From the NCBI GenBank assembly GCA_032718475.1, contig JAUCBJ010000641.1:57723-121722 (forward strand): a DNA stretch of 64,000 nt. Reading direction: 5' to 3'. Of the stretch, positions 1-13,323 are shown piece by piece. Source of the DNA: Nemertoderma westbladi. Its lineage: Eukaryota; Animalia; Xenacoelomorpha. A model generated the notes under the pieces. It worked only from the letters and a program-made list of their open reading frames with translations. It ran no database searches and had not been told where the DNA came from. How positions within the stretch are numbered: position 1 is the first letter of the stretch; the number at the start of each line of letters is the position of its first letter. Position numbers and translations under genes: made by a program.

Positions 1-3000
1 ATATGTTGTATACTCTGGTGTAAGTGACTCACCATTATATCTATATGTTGTATACTCTGGTGTAAGTGACTCACCATTCTATCTATTTGTTGTATACTCT
101 GGTGTAAGTGATTCACCATTCTATCTATATGTTGTATACTCTGGTGTAAGTGACTCACCATTATATCTATTTGTTGTATACTCTGGTGTAAGTGACTCAC
201 CATTCTATCTATATGTAGTATACTCTGGTGTAAGTGACTCACCATTATATCTATTTGTTGTATACTCTGGTGTAAGTGACGCACCATTCTATCTATATGT
301 TGTATACTCTGGTGTAAGTGACTCACCATTCTATCCATATGCTGTATACTCTGGTGTAAGTGACTCACCATTCTATCTATATGTTGTATACTCTGGTGTA
401 AGTGACTCACCATTCTATCTATTTGTTGTATACTCTGGTGTAAGTGACTCACCATTCCATCTATATGTTGTATACTCTGGTGTAAGTGACTCACCATTCT
501 ATCTATATGTAATATACTCTGGTGTAAGTGACTCACCATTCTATCTATGTTGTATACTCTGGTGTAAGTGACTCACCATTCTATCTATATGTTGTATACT
601 CTGGTGTAAGTGACTCACCATTCTATCTAAATCTAAATGTTGTATACTCTGGTGTAAGTGACTCACCATTCTATCTATGTTGTATACTCTGGTGTAAGTG
701 ACTCACCATTCTATCTATATGTTGTATACTCTGGTGTAAGTGAATCACCATTCTATCTATATGTTGTATACTCTGGTGTAAGTGACTCACCATTCTATCT
801 ATTTGTTGTATACTCTGGTGTAAGTGACTCACCATTCTATCTAAATCTAAATGTTGTATACTCTGGTGTAAGTGACTCACCATTCTATCTATGTTGTATA
901 CTCTGGTGTAAGTGACTCACCATTCTATCTATATGTTGTATACTCTGGTGTAAGTGACTCACCATTATTTCTAAATGTTGTATACTCTGGTGTAAGTGAC
1001 TCACCATTCTATCTATATGTTGTATACTCTGGTGTAAGTGACTCACCATTCTATCTATATGTTGTATACTCTGGTGTAAGTGACTCACCATTCTATCTAT
1101 ATGTTGTATACTCTGGTGTAAGTGACTCACCATTCTATCTATATGTTGTATACTCTGGTGTAAGTGACTCACCATTCTATCTATATGTTGTATACTCTGG
1201 TGTAAGTGACTCACCATTCTATCTATATGTTGTATACTCTGGTGTAAGTGACTCACCATTCTATCTATATGTTGTATACTCTGGTGTAAATGACTCACCA
1301 TTCTATCTATATGTTGTATACTCTGGTGTAAGTGACTCACCATTCCATCTAAATGTTGTATACTCTGGTGTAAGTGACTCACCATTCTATCTATATGTAA
1401 TATACTCTGGTGTAAGTGACTCACCATTCTATCTATGTTGTATACTCTGGTGTAAGTGACTCACCATTCTATCTATATGTTGTATACTCTGGTGTAAGTG
1501 ACTCACCATTCTATCTATTTGTTGTATACTCTGGTGTAAGTGACTCACCATTCCATCTATATGTTGTATACTCTGGTGTAAGTGACTCACCATTCTATCT
1601 ATATGTAATATACTCTGGTGTAAGTGACTCACCATTCTATCTATGTTGTATACTCTGGTGTAAGTGACTCACCATTCTATCTAAATCTAAATGTTGTATA
1701 CTCTGGTGTAAGTGACTCACCATTCTATCTATGTTGTATACTCTGGTGTAAGTGACTCACCATTCTATCTATATGTTGTATACTCTGGTGTAAGTGAATC
1801 ACCATTCTATCTATATGTTGTATACTCTGGTGTAAGTGACTCACCATTCTATCTATTTGTTGTATACTCTGGTGTAAGTGACTCACCATTCTATCTAAAT
1901 CTAAATGTTGTATACTCTGGTGTAAGTGACTCACCATTCTATCTATGTTGTATACTCTGGTGTAAGTGACTCACCATTCTATCTATATGTTGTATACTCT
2001 GGTGTAAGTGACTCACCATTATATCTAAATGTTGTATACTCTGGTGTAAGTGACTCACCATTCTATCTATATGTTGTATACTCTGGTGTAAGTGACTCAC
2101 CATTCTATCTATATGTTGTATACTCTGGTGTAAGTGACTCACCATTCTATCTATATGTTGTATACTCTGGTGTAAGTGACTCACCATTCTATCTATATGT
2201 TGTATACTCTGGTGTAAGTGACTCACCATTCTATCTATATGTTGTATACTCTGGTGTAAGTGACTCACCATTCTATCTATATGTTGTATACTCTGGTGTA
2301 AGTGACTCACCATTCTATCTATATGTTGTATACTCTGGTGTAAATGACTCACCATTCTATCTATATGTTGTATACTCTGGTGTAAGTGACTCACCATTCC
2401 ATCTAAATGTTGTATACTCTGGTGTAAGTGACTCACCATTCTATCTATATGTAATATACTCTGGTGTAAGTGACTCACCATTCTATCTATGTTGTATACT
2501 CTGGTGTAAGTGACTCACCATTCTATCTATATGTTGTATACTCTGGTGTAAGTGACTCACCATTCTATCTATTTGTTGTATACTCTGGTGTAAGTGACTC
2601 ACCATTCCATCTATATGTTGTATACTCTGGTGTAAGTGACTCACCATTCTATCTATATGTAATATACTCTGGTGTAAGTGACTCACCATTCTATCTATGT
2701 TGTATACTCTGGTGTAAGTGACTCACCATTCTATCTATATGTTGTATACTCTGGTGTAAGTGACTCACCATTCTATCTATATGTTGTATACTCTGGTGTA
2801 AGTGATTCACCATTCTATCTATATGTTGTATACTCTCGTGTAAGTGACTCACCATTCCATCTATATGTTGTATACTCTGGTGTAAGTGACTCACCATTCT
2901 ATCTATATGTAATATACTCTGGTGTAAGTGACTCACCATTCTATCTATGTAATATACTCTGGTGTAAGTGACTCACCATTCTATCTATATGTTGTATACT

Positions 3001-6000
3001 CTGGTGTAAGTGACTCACCATTCTATCTATATGTTGTATACTCTGGTGTAAGTGAATCACCATTCTATCTATATGTTGTATACTCTGGTGTAAGTGACTC
3101 ACCATTCTATCTATATGTTGTATACTCTGGTGTAAGTGACTCACCAGTCTATCTATATGTTGTATACTCTGGTGTAAGTGACTCACCATTCCATCTATAT
3201 GTTTTATACTCTGGTGTAAGTGACTCACCATTCTATCTATGTGTTGTATACTCTGGTGTAAGTGACTCACCATTCTATCTATATGTTGTATACTCTGGTG
3301 TAAGTGACTCACCATTCTATCTATATGTTGTATACTCTGGTGTAAGTGACTCACCATTCCATCTATATGTTTTATACTCTGGTGTAAGTGACTCACCATT
3401 CTATCTATATGTTGTATACTCTGGTGTAAGTGACTCACCATTCTATCTATATGTTGTATACTCTGGTGTAAGTGACTCACCATTCTATCTATATGTTGTA
3501 TACTCTGGTGTAAGTGACTCACCATTCTACCTATGTTGTATACTCTGGTGTAAGTGACTCACCATTCTATCTATATGTTGTATACTCTGGTGTAAGTGAC
3601 TCACCTTTCTATCTATATGTTGTATACTGATACTCTGGTGGAAGTGACTCGCCATTCCATCTATATGTTGTATACTCTGGTGTAAGTGACTCACCATTCC
3701 ATCTATATGTTGTATACTCTGGTGTAAGTGACTCACCATTCCATCTATATGTTGTATACTCTGGTGTAAGTGACTCACCATTCTATCTATATGTTGTATA
3801 CTCTGGTGTAAGTGACTCACCATTCCATCTATATGTTGTATACTCTGGTGTAAGTGACTCACCATTCTATCTATATGTAATATACTCTGGTGTAAGTGAC
3901 TCACCATTCTATCTATGTTGTATACTCTGGTGTAAGTGACTCACCATTCTATCTATATGTTGTATACTCTGGTGTAAGTGACTCACCATTCTTTCTAAAT
4001 GTTGTATACTCTGGTGTAAGTGACTCACCATTCTATCTATGTTGTATACTCTGGTGTAAGTGACTCACCATTCTATCTATATGTTGTATACTCTGGTGTA
4101 AGTGAATCACCATTCTATCTATATGTTGTATACTCTGGTGTAAGTTTCTCACCATTCTATCTATGTTGTATACTCTGGTGTAAGTGACTCACCATTCTAT
4201 CTATATGTAGTATACTCTGGTGTAAGTGACTCACCATTCTATCTATATGTTGTATACTCTGGTGTAAGTGACTCACCATTCTATCTATATGTTGTATACT
4301 CTGGTGTAAGTGACTCACCATTCTATCTATGTTGTATACTCTGGTGTAAGTGACTCACCATTATATCTATATGTTGTATACTCTGGTGTAAGTGACTCAC
4401 CATTATATCTATATGTTGTATACTCTGGTGTAAGTGACTCACCATTCTATCTATATGTTGTATTCTCTGGTGTAAGTGACTCACCATTCTATCTATATGT
4501 TGTATTCTCTGGTGTAAGTGACTCACCATTCTATCTATTTGTTGTATACTCTGGTGTAAGTGACTCACCATTCTATCTAAATCTAATGTTGTATACTCTG
4601 GTGTAAGTGACTCACCATTCTATCTATGTTGTATACTCTGGTGTAAGTGACTCACCATTCTATCTATATGTTGTATACTCTGGTGTAAGTGACTCACCAT
4701 TATATCTAAATGTTGTATACTCTGGTGTAAGTGACTCACCATTCTATCTATATGTTGTATACTCTGGTGTAAGTGACTCACCATTCTATCTATATGTTGT
4801 ATACTCTGGTGTAAGTGACTCACCATTCTATCTATATGTTGTATACTCTGGTGTAAGTGACTCACCATTCTATCTATATGTTGTATACTCTGGTGTAAGT
4901 GACTCACCATTCTATCTATATGTTGTATACTCTGGTGTAAGTGACTCACCATTCTATCTATATGTTGTATACTCTGGTGTAAGTGACTCACCATTCTATC
5001 TATATGTTGTATACTCTGGTGTAAGTGACTCACCATTCTATCTATATGTTGTATACTCTGGTGTAAGTGACTCACCATTCTATCTAAATGTTGTATACTC
5101 TGGTGTAAGTGACTCACCATTCTATCTATATGTTGTATACTCTGGTGTAAGTGACTCACCATTATATCTATATGTTGTATACTCTGGTGTAAGTGACTCA
5201 CCATTCTATCTATATGTTGTATACTCTGGTGTAAGTGACTCACCATTCTATCTATATGTTGTATACTCTGGTGTAAGTGACTCACCATTCTATCTATTTG
5301 TTGTATACTCTGGTGTAAGTGACTCACCATTCTATCTATTTGTTGTATACTCTGGTGTAAGTGACTCACCATTCTATCTATATGTTGTATACTCTGGTGT
5401 AAGTGACTCACCATTCTATCTATATGTTGTATACTCTGGTGTAAGTGACTCACCATTCTATCTATATGTTGTATACTCTGGTGTAAGTGACTCACCATTC
5501 TATCTATATGTTGTATACTCTGGTGTAAGTGACTCACCATTCTATCTATATGTTGTATACTCTGGTGTAAGTGACTCACCATTCTATCTATATGTTGTAT
5601 ACTCTGGTGTAAGTGACTCACCATTCTATCTATATGTTGTATACTCTGGTGTAAGTGACTCACCATTCTATCTATATGTTGTATACTCTGGTGTAAGTGA
5701 CTCACCATTCTATCTATATGTTGTATACTCTGGTGTAAGTGACTCACCATTCTATCTATATGTTGTATACTCTGGTGTAAGTGACTCACCATTCTATCTA
5801 TATGTTGTATACTCTGGTGTAAGTGACTCACCATTCTATCTATATGTTGTATACTCTGGTGTAAGTGACTCACCATTCTATCTATATGTTGTATACTCTG
5901 GTGTAAGTGACTCACCATTCTATCTATATGTTGTATACTCTGGTGTAAGTGACTCACCATTCTATCTATATGTTGTATACTCTGGTGTAAGTGACTCACC

Positions 6001-9000
6001 ATTCTATCTATATGTTGTATACTCTGGTGTAAGTGACTCACCATTCTATCTATATGTTGTATACTCTGGTGTAAGTGACTCACCATTCTATCTATATGTT
6101 GTATACTCTGGTGTAAGTGACTCACCATTCTATCTATATGTTGTATACTCTGGTGTAAGTGACTCACCATTCTATCTATATGTTGTATACTCTGGTGTAA
6201 GTGACTCACCATTCTATCTATATGTTGTATACTCTGGTGTAAGTGACTCACCATTCTATCTATATGTTGTATACTCTGGTGTAAGTGACTCACCATTCTA
6301 TCTATATGTTGTATACTCTGGTGTAAGTGACTCACCATTCTATCTATATGTTGTATACTCTGGTGTAAGTGACTCACCATTCTATCTATATGTTGTATAC
6401 TCTGGTGTAAGTGACTCACCATTCTATCTATATGTTGTATACTCTGGTGTAAGTGACTCACCATTCTATCTATATGTTGTATACTCTGGTGTAAGTGACT
6501 CACCATTCTATCTATATGTTGTATACTCTGGTGTAAGTGACTCACCATTCTATCTATATGTTGTATACTCTGGTGTAAGTGACTCACCATTCTATCTATA
6601 TGTTGTATACTCTGGTGTAAGTGACTCACCATTCTATCTATATGTTGTATACTCTGGTGTAAGTGACTCACCATTCTATCTATATGTTGTATACTCTGGT
6701 GTAAGTGACTCACCATTCTATCTATATGTTGTATACTCTGGTGTAAGTGACTCACCATTCTATCTATATGTTGTATACTCTGGTGTAAGTGACTCACCAT
6801 TCTATCTATATGTTGTATACTCTGGTGTAAGTGACTCACCATTCTATCTATATGTTGTATACTCTGGTGTAAGTGACTCACCATTCTATCTATATGTTGT
6901 ATACTCTGGTGTAAGTGACTCACCATTCTATCTATATGTTGTATACTCTGGTGTAAGTGACTCACCATTCTATCTATATGTTGTATACTCTGGTGTAAGT
7001 GACTCACCATTCTATCTATATGTTGTATACTCTGGTGTAAGTGACTCACCATTCTATCTATATGTTGTATACTCTGGTGTAAGTGACTCACCATTCTATC
7101 TATATGTTGTATACTCTGGTGTAAGTGACTCACCATTCTATCTATATGTTGTATACTCTGGTGTAAGTGACTCACCATTCTATCTATATGTTGTATACTC
7201 TGGTGTAAGTGACTCACCATTCTATCTATATGTTGTATACTCTGGTGTAAGTGACTCACCATTCTATCTATATGTTGTATACTCTGGTGTAAGTGACTCA
7301 CCATTCTATCTATATGTTGTATACTCTGGTGTAAGTGACTCACCATTCTATCTATATGTTGTATACTCTGGTGTAAGTGACTCACCATTCTATCTATATG
7401 TTGTATACTCTGGTGTAAGTGACTCACCATTCTATCTATGTTGTATACTCTGGTGTAAGTGACTCACCATTCTATCTATATGTTGTATACTCTGGTGTAA
7501 GTGACTCACCATTCTATCTATATGTTGTATACTCTGGTGTAAGTGACTCACCATTCTATCTATATGTTGTATACTCTGGTGTAAGTGACTCACCATTCTA
7601 TCTATATGTTGTATACTCTGGTGTAAGTGACTCACCATTCTATCTATATGTTGTATACTCTGGTGTAAGTGACTCACCATTCTATCTATATGTTGTATAC
7701 TCTGGTGTAAGTGACTCACCATTCTATCTATATGTTGTATACTCTGGTGTAAGTGACTCACCATTCTATCTATATGTTGTATACTCTGGTGTAAGTGACT
7801 CACCATTCTATCTATATGTTGTATACTCTGGTGTAAGTGACTCACCATTCTATCTATATGTTGTATACTCTGGTGTAAGTGACTCACCATTCTATCTATA
7901 TGTTGTATACTCTGGTGTAAGTGACTCACCATTCTATCTATTTGTTGTATACTCTGGTGTAAGTGACTCACCATTCTATCTAATCTAAATGTTGTATACT
8001 CTGGTGTAAGTGACTCACCATTCTATCTATGTTGTATACTCTGGTGTAAGTGACTCACCATTCTATCTATATGTTGTATACTCTGGTGTAAGTGACTCAC
8101 CATTCTATCTAAATGTTGTATACTCTGGTGTAAGTGACTCACCATTCTATCTATATGTTGTATACTCTGGTGTAAGTGACTCACCATTCTATCTATATGT
8201 TGTATACTCTGGTGTAAGTGACTCACCATTCTATCTATATGTTGTATACTCTGGTGTAAGTGACTCACCATTCTATCTATATGTTGTATACTCTGGTGTA
8301 AGTGACTCACCATTCTATCTATATGTTGTATACTCTGGTGTAAGTGACTCACCATTCTATCTATATGTTGTATACTCTGGTGTAAGTGACTCACCATTCT
8401 ATCTATATGTTGTATACTCTGGTGTAAGTGACTCACCATTCTATCTATATGTTGTATACTCTGGTGTAAGTGACTCACCATTCTATCTATATGTTGTATA
8501 CTCTGGTGTAAGTGACTCACCATTCTATCTATATGTTGTATACTCTGGTGTAAGTGACTCACCATTCTATCTATATGTTGTATACTCTGGTGTAAGTGAC
8601 TCACCATTCTATCTATATGTTGTATACTCTGGTGTAAGTGACTCACCATTCTATCTATATGTTGTATACTCTGGTGTAAGTGACTCACCATTCTATCTAT
8701 TTGTTGTATACTCTGGTGTAAGTGACTCACCATTCTATCTATTTGTTGTATACTCTGGTGTAAGTGACTCACCATTCTATCTATATGTTGTATACTCTGG
8801 TGTAAGTGACTCACCATTCTATCTATATGTTGTATACTCTGGTGTAAGTGACTCACCATTCTATCTATATGTTGTATACTCTGGTGTAAGTGACTCACCA
8901 TTCTATCTATATGTTGTATACTCTGGTGTAAGTGACTCACCATTCTATCTATATGTTGTATACTCTGGTGTAAGTGACTCACCATTCTATCTATATGTTG

Positions 9001-10650
9001 TATACTCTGGTGTAAGTGACTCACCATTCTATCTATATGTTGTATACTCTGGTGTAAGTGACTCACCATTCTATCTATATGTTGTATACTCTGGTGTAAG
9101 TGACTCACCATTCTATCTATATGTTGTATACTCTGGTGTAAGTGACTCACCATTCTATCTATATGTTGTATACTCTGGTGTAAGTGACTCACCATTCTAT
9201 CTATATGTTGTATACTCTGGTGTAAGTGACTCACCATTCTATCTATATGTTGTATACTCTGGTGTAAGTGACTCACCATTCTATCTATATGTTGTATACT
9301 CTGGTGTAAGTGACTCACCATTCTATCTATATGTTGTATACTCTGGTGTAAGTGACTCACCATTCTATCTATATGTTGTATACTCTGGTGTAAGTGACTC
9401 ACCATTCTATCTATATGTTGTATACTCTGGTGTAAGTGACTCACCATTCTATCTATATGTTGTATACTCTGGTGTAAGTGACTCACCATTCTATCTATAT
9501 GTTGTATACTCTGGTGTAAGTGACTCACCATTCTATCTATATGTTGTATACTCTGGTGTAAGTGACTCACCATTCTATCTATATGTTGTATACTCTGGTG
9601 TAAGTGACTCACCATTCTATCTATATGTTGTATACTCTGGTGTAAGTGACTCACCATTCTATCTATATGTTGTATACTCTGGTGTAAGTGACTCACCATT
9701 CTATCTATATGTTGTATACTCTGGTGTAAGTGACTCACCATTCTATCTATATGTTGTATACTCTGGTGTAAGTGACTCACCATTCTATCTATATGTTGTA
9801 TACTCTGGTGTAAGTGACTCACCATTCTATCTATATGTTGTATACTCTGGTGTAAGTGACTCACCATTCTATCTATATGTTGTATACTCTGGTGTAAGTG
9901 ACTCACCATTCTATCTATATGTTGTATACTCTGGTGTAAGTGACTCACCATTCTATCTATTTGTTGTATACTCTGGTGTAAGTGACTCACCATTCTATCT
10001 ATATGTTGTATACTCTGGTGTAAGTGACTCACCATTCTATATATATGTTGTATACTCTGGTGTAAGTGAGTCACCATTCTATCTATATGTTGTATACTCT
10101 GGTGTAAGTGACTCACCATTCTATCTATATGTTGTATACTCTGGTGTAAGTGACTCACCATTCTATCTATATGTTGTATACTCTGGTGTAAGTGACTCAC
10201 CATTCTATCTATATGTTGTATACTCTGGTGTAAGTGAGTCACCATTCTATCTATATGTTGTATACTCTGGTGTAAGTGACTCACCATTCTATCTATATGT
10301 TGTATACTCTGGTGTAAGTGACTCACCATTCTATCTATATGTTGTATACTCTGGTGTAAGTGACTCACCATTCTATCTAAATGTTGTATACTCTGGTGTA
10401 AGTGACTCACCATTCTATCTAAATGTTGTATACTCTGGTGTAAGTGACTCACCATTCTATCTATATGTTGTATACTCTGGTGTAAGTGACTCACCATTAT
10501 ATCTGAATGTTGTATACTCTGGTGTAAGTGACTCACCATTCTATCTATATGTTGTATACTCTGGTGTAAGTGACTCACCATTCTATCTATATGTTGTATA
10601 CTCTGGTGTAAGTGACTCACCATTCTATCTAAATGTTGAATGCTCTGGTG
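1..10650 (-). repeat. 42-bp tandem array (~250 units, runs off the window) derived from MEMO1 exon end plus splice donor
   Basis: Minus-strand unit CACCAGAGTATACAACATATAGATAGAATG|GTGAGTCACTTA; merges into the true exon end CACCAGAGCATTCAACATTTAGATAGAATG at 10650-10621; 40- and 48-bp variant units occur. Confidence 0.98.
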
Positions 10651-10843
10651 AATATGACCACGAGTAGCATCGTGATATGTATAACGGAATCGATGTCCCC
10701 AGTGGCAGAAATCCGAAGATATTACAAATAAAGTAGACGGGTCGGCCAGGTAAGGGGCCAATATAGCACCATAGCAACGCTCCTCTGCAAGCTTTATAGA
10801 CCCAACTAAAATGGGTACTATGGTAACATGGTCAATATAGTCC
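10621..10843 (-). CDS. MEMO1: MEMO1 coding exon 4 (later exons lie beyond the array, outside the window)
   Basis: DYIDHVTIVPILVG...LFVISSDFCHWGHRFRYTY...SIQHLDRM matches MEMO family SSDFCHWG motif; acceptor TTTTTACAG, donor GTGAGT. Confidence 0.93.
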
Positions 10844-11070
10844 CTGTAAAAATAAGATTGAGTCCAATTCATGAAAGGGAGCCGAACTTGTGAGATGTTA
10901 CGTTCCTCGTTGCTAGATAAATATATAAATCACATTTAGCGAGGAACTGATTCCTGTGAATAATATTCAGATTAAACTTATTTAAGCACGATCCAATAAT
11001 ACTAAATGTTCTAATAAAACTACTAATAATAATACATTTGTCGCTATAAATATAAAGGTAGTTAACTAAC

Positions 11071-11179
11071 TCCATGACTTTTGCTATAAAGGGCAACTGC
11101 ATCTCGATACTGTGTTCATCTTCGTCTGTTTGTTTACTGATAGTTTCAAACTTCTCGGTTGCTTCTAAAGCTTGGTAAA
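11071..11179 (-). CDS. MEMO1: MEMO1 coding exon 3
   Basis: YQALEATEKFETISKQTDEDEHSIEMQLPFIAKVME (EHSIEM motif); TTTTAG acceptor, GTTAGT donor; phases fit neighbours. Confidence 0.93.
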
Positions 11180-11438
11180 CTAAAATAAATGGTTGATAAT
11201 GGAATGTTGAACAACAAACTGATAACAAACAACATGAAAGCCTTGAACAGAAAGGGGGGGGGGGGGGGGGGGGGGGGTGGTGACATTTGCTTAGCACCAA
11301 AAATATATGTGTTATTTGTTTAATTGTATTTAGTTTATTTGTTTTGGTTAGTATATAACGTGCCACTGTAACATGCTCGTTTCCCGAAACTTATAAATTA
11401 ATATATATAAATATTATGAAATTAATATTAATAAGCAA

Positions 11439-11477
<39 letters not shown>

Positions 11478-11661
11478 AGCATAAAGGGGAGTGAAAATAT
11501 CAGAGACTGGAACTCTGGAAGAATATACAATATATAATAATAAAATGAAACTAATTGAGCAAAAAGGTTACCGCACATACAAATAAATACTACCGGTACA
11601 TAAAATAATTTACAACATTACGATTTAGAGTAGAGGGACAGTCCATAACAATAATACCAAC

Positions 11662-11937
11662 CCTCGGCGTCGATTCGTAGATTACCAAAAGGAGTTCTGT
11701 AAACGAGACAGCTAGTGAGGGCACATTTCGAGAGATATCGATGGTGTGAAGGTCCAAGTATGAAGACTCTACGGACTATGGAGGGCTCCACCTGTCTGTA
11801 AGCGTAGGAAGCACAGTCGCCGCAGTAGGTGTAGCCGGCATGGGGCGCGATAATCGCACGCGCTGGACGCAAACATTCCGCGTCGCTGTCTGAAGCTTTA
11901 TTCAACCAGCCGTCCAACTGCCGTGAGAGCGATGAAG
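11662..11937 (-). CDS. MEMO1: MEMO1 coding exon 2
   Basis: [11 protein letters not shown]...[15 protein letters not shown]...[10 protein letters not shown]...[11 protein letters not shown]; CCCATTAG acceptor, GTTGGT donor. Confidence 0.94.
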
Positions 11938-12967
11938 CTAATGGGAATGACAAGGAAATAAAGTGAAGTTAGATAACGTTATTTATATGATTCCAGATTT
12001 AGAGAGGCCAAAGGGGCGCAGTACAGGTAGCGCAGGGAAAAAATACGATACGAAAAGACGATTCGAGACGAACCAATTTCAGAATTTTTCATGATACGGT
12101 ACGATACCGTACGAATGCAATTTTTAGAAAATACAATACGATCCGAAAATTCCAAGACACACGAATAATGTTTCGTATTTTTTAAAAAATTTCAAAATTT
12201 TTAAGGTCTATTCCACATACCGGTAGCATAATAGTTTTCCATCAGTTTAACATCATTCACTCGCTTGGCGTTTTTTTCTATTACATAAATACCTACTGAA
12301 ATAGCCAACCATAGGCAATTATAGCTGCCTAGCATCTGGCTCTCTGGTAGGCCTACTGTATTCCCTATTGAAAAGTTTTACATGTGTTCAGCTGTTTGGC
12401 GCAGCATTTTAACTTGCGCCGCGTGCCGGGAGCTGGCGCAAAAATGTGTTACGCCGGGTGAAGTTCTGAAAGGGCTGGCGCAGAAATGTCAATGAATACC
12501 GGTATACTGCGCCGGGCGCTGGGGCAGCCAGCGTAGCATCGTCAATGATAGAGATGCTGCGCTCAGCGCTGCAGCGCAATTTTTGAATTGGTGGCGTAGC
12601 TTTGCACCAAGCAGGCGCTAGAATTTTTGCACTTGGCAGCTTCGAGCTTGGGGCCGCGTTCGCCGCAGAAAATAAATAGATAGGATAGAAAATAGATCCG
12701 TATTGCAGTAGGAAACATAGGCAGATAGGCCTGCCCTTAAATACCGGTAAGTACCTGACCAGACTGCCAGAACACTACAGCACTATGCCTACAGCACTCG
12801 GCATAGGCTTATACCAGCACCAGGCCTGCAGGCCAGCTACCGCCTACCGGTACCAGCTGACCTGTCTGCCTGTATCGACTGGTAACTGGCAGACTGGGTA
12901 CGCCATACAGCCATACGCATACAGGCATAGGCCTACGCCTAATCCCAGAATACAGGAATCGACTTAC

Positions 12968-13043
12968 CATCACTATTATACCACGTTCCCGCATGAGAAC
13001 ATTCTCTGATATCAGACGAATTATGTTTGATTTTCTTGTACAT
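12968..13043 (-). CDS. MEMO1: MEMO1 coding exon 1
   Basis: ATG at 13043; MYKKIKHNSSDIRECSHAGTWYNSD then G|GTAAGT; HAGxWY N-terminal motif; four exons sum to 684 nt, in frame. Confidence 0.9.
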
Positions 13044-13323
13044 TTTTATAGTTGACAGGTTGAAGAGGTTGGCCTCTCAGTCTCTACCGTCCTCCGTCAA
13101 GGTCAAACAGTAGGTACCAGTACCGGTACGGCAGTACGGTGTAGCAATAGCAATGAGTTGTCGCTGTGCAAGGTAGGCTACGTTCCGTACCGTTCAGCCG
13201 TCTGGCCGTTACAGATTGAACAGATATCTGGATATGGGAGTTCGAGTTGTCGTTGCGCACCTGACAGCCTGACAGCAAAACTGGCCAATATTAACAATTC
13301 CAAGACGGTCTGGGCCTGACTGG

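Noticed and set aside
1-10650. CRISPR array interpretation of either tandem array
   Set aside because: No unique spacers, no cas genes, eukaryotic intron context
658-10667. Plus-strand VVYSGVSDSPFYLY repeat ORFs
   Set aside because: Antisense by-product of a stop-free 42-bp unit; the minus strand matches MEMO1
11254-11480. Poly-G run and (AAAT)n in MEMO1 intron 2; 165-aa ORF with poly-Pro
   Set aside because: Ordinary microsatellites; the ORF is intron read-through around exon 3
12000-12670. GC-rich GGCGCA/TGCGCC-repeat segment in MEMO1 intron 1 as a MITE
   Set aside because: Could not define terminal repeats or a TSD
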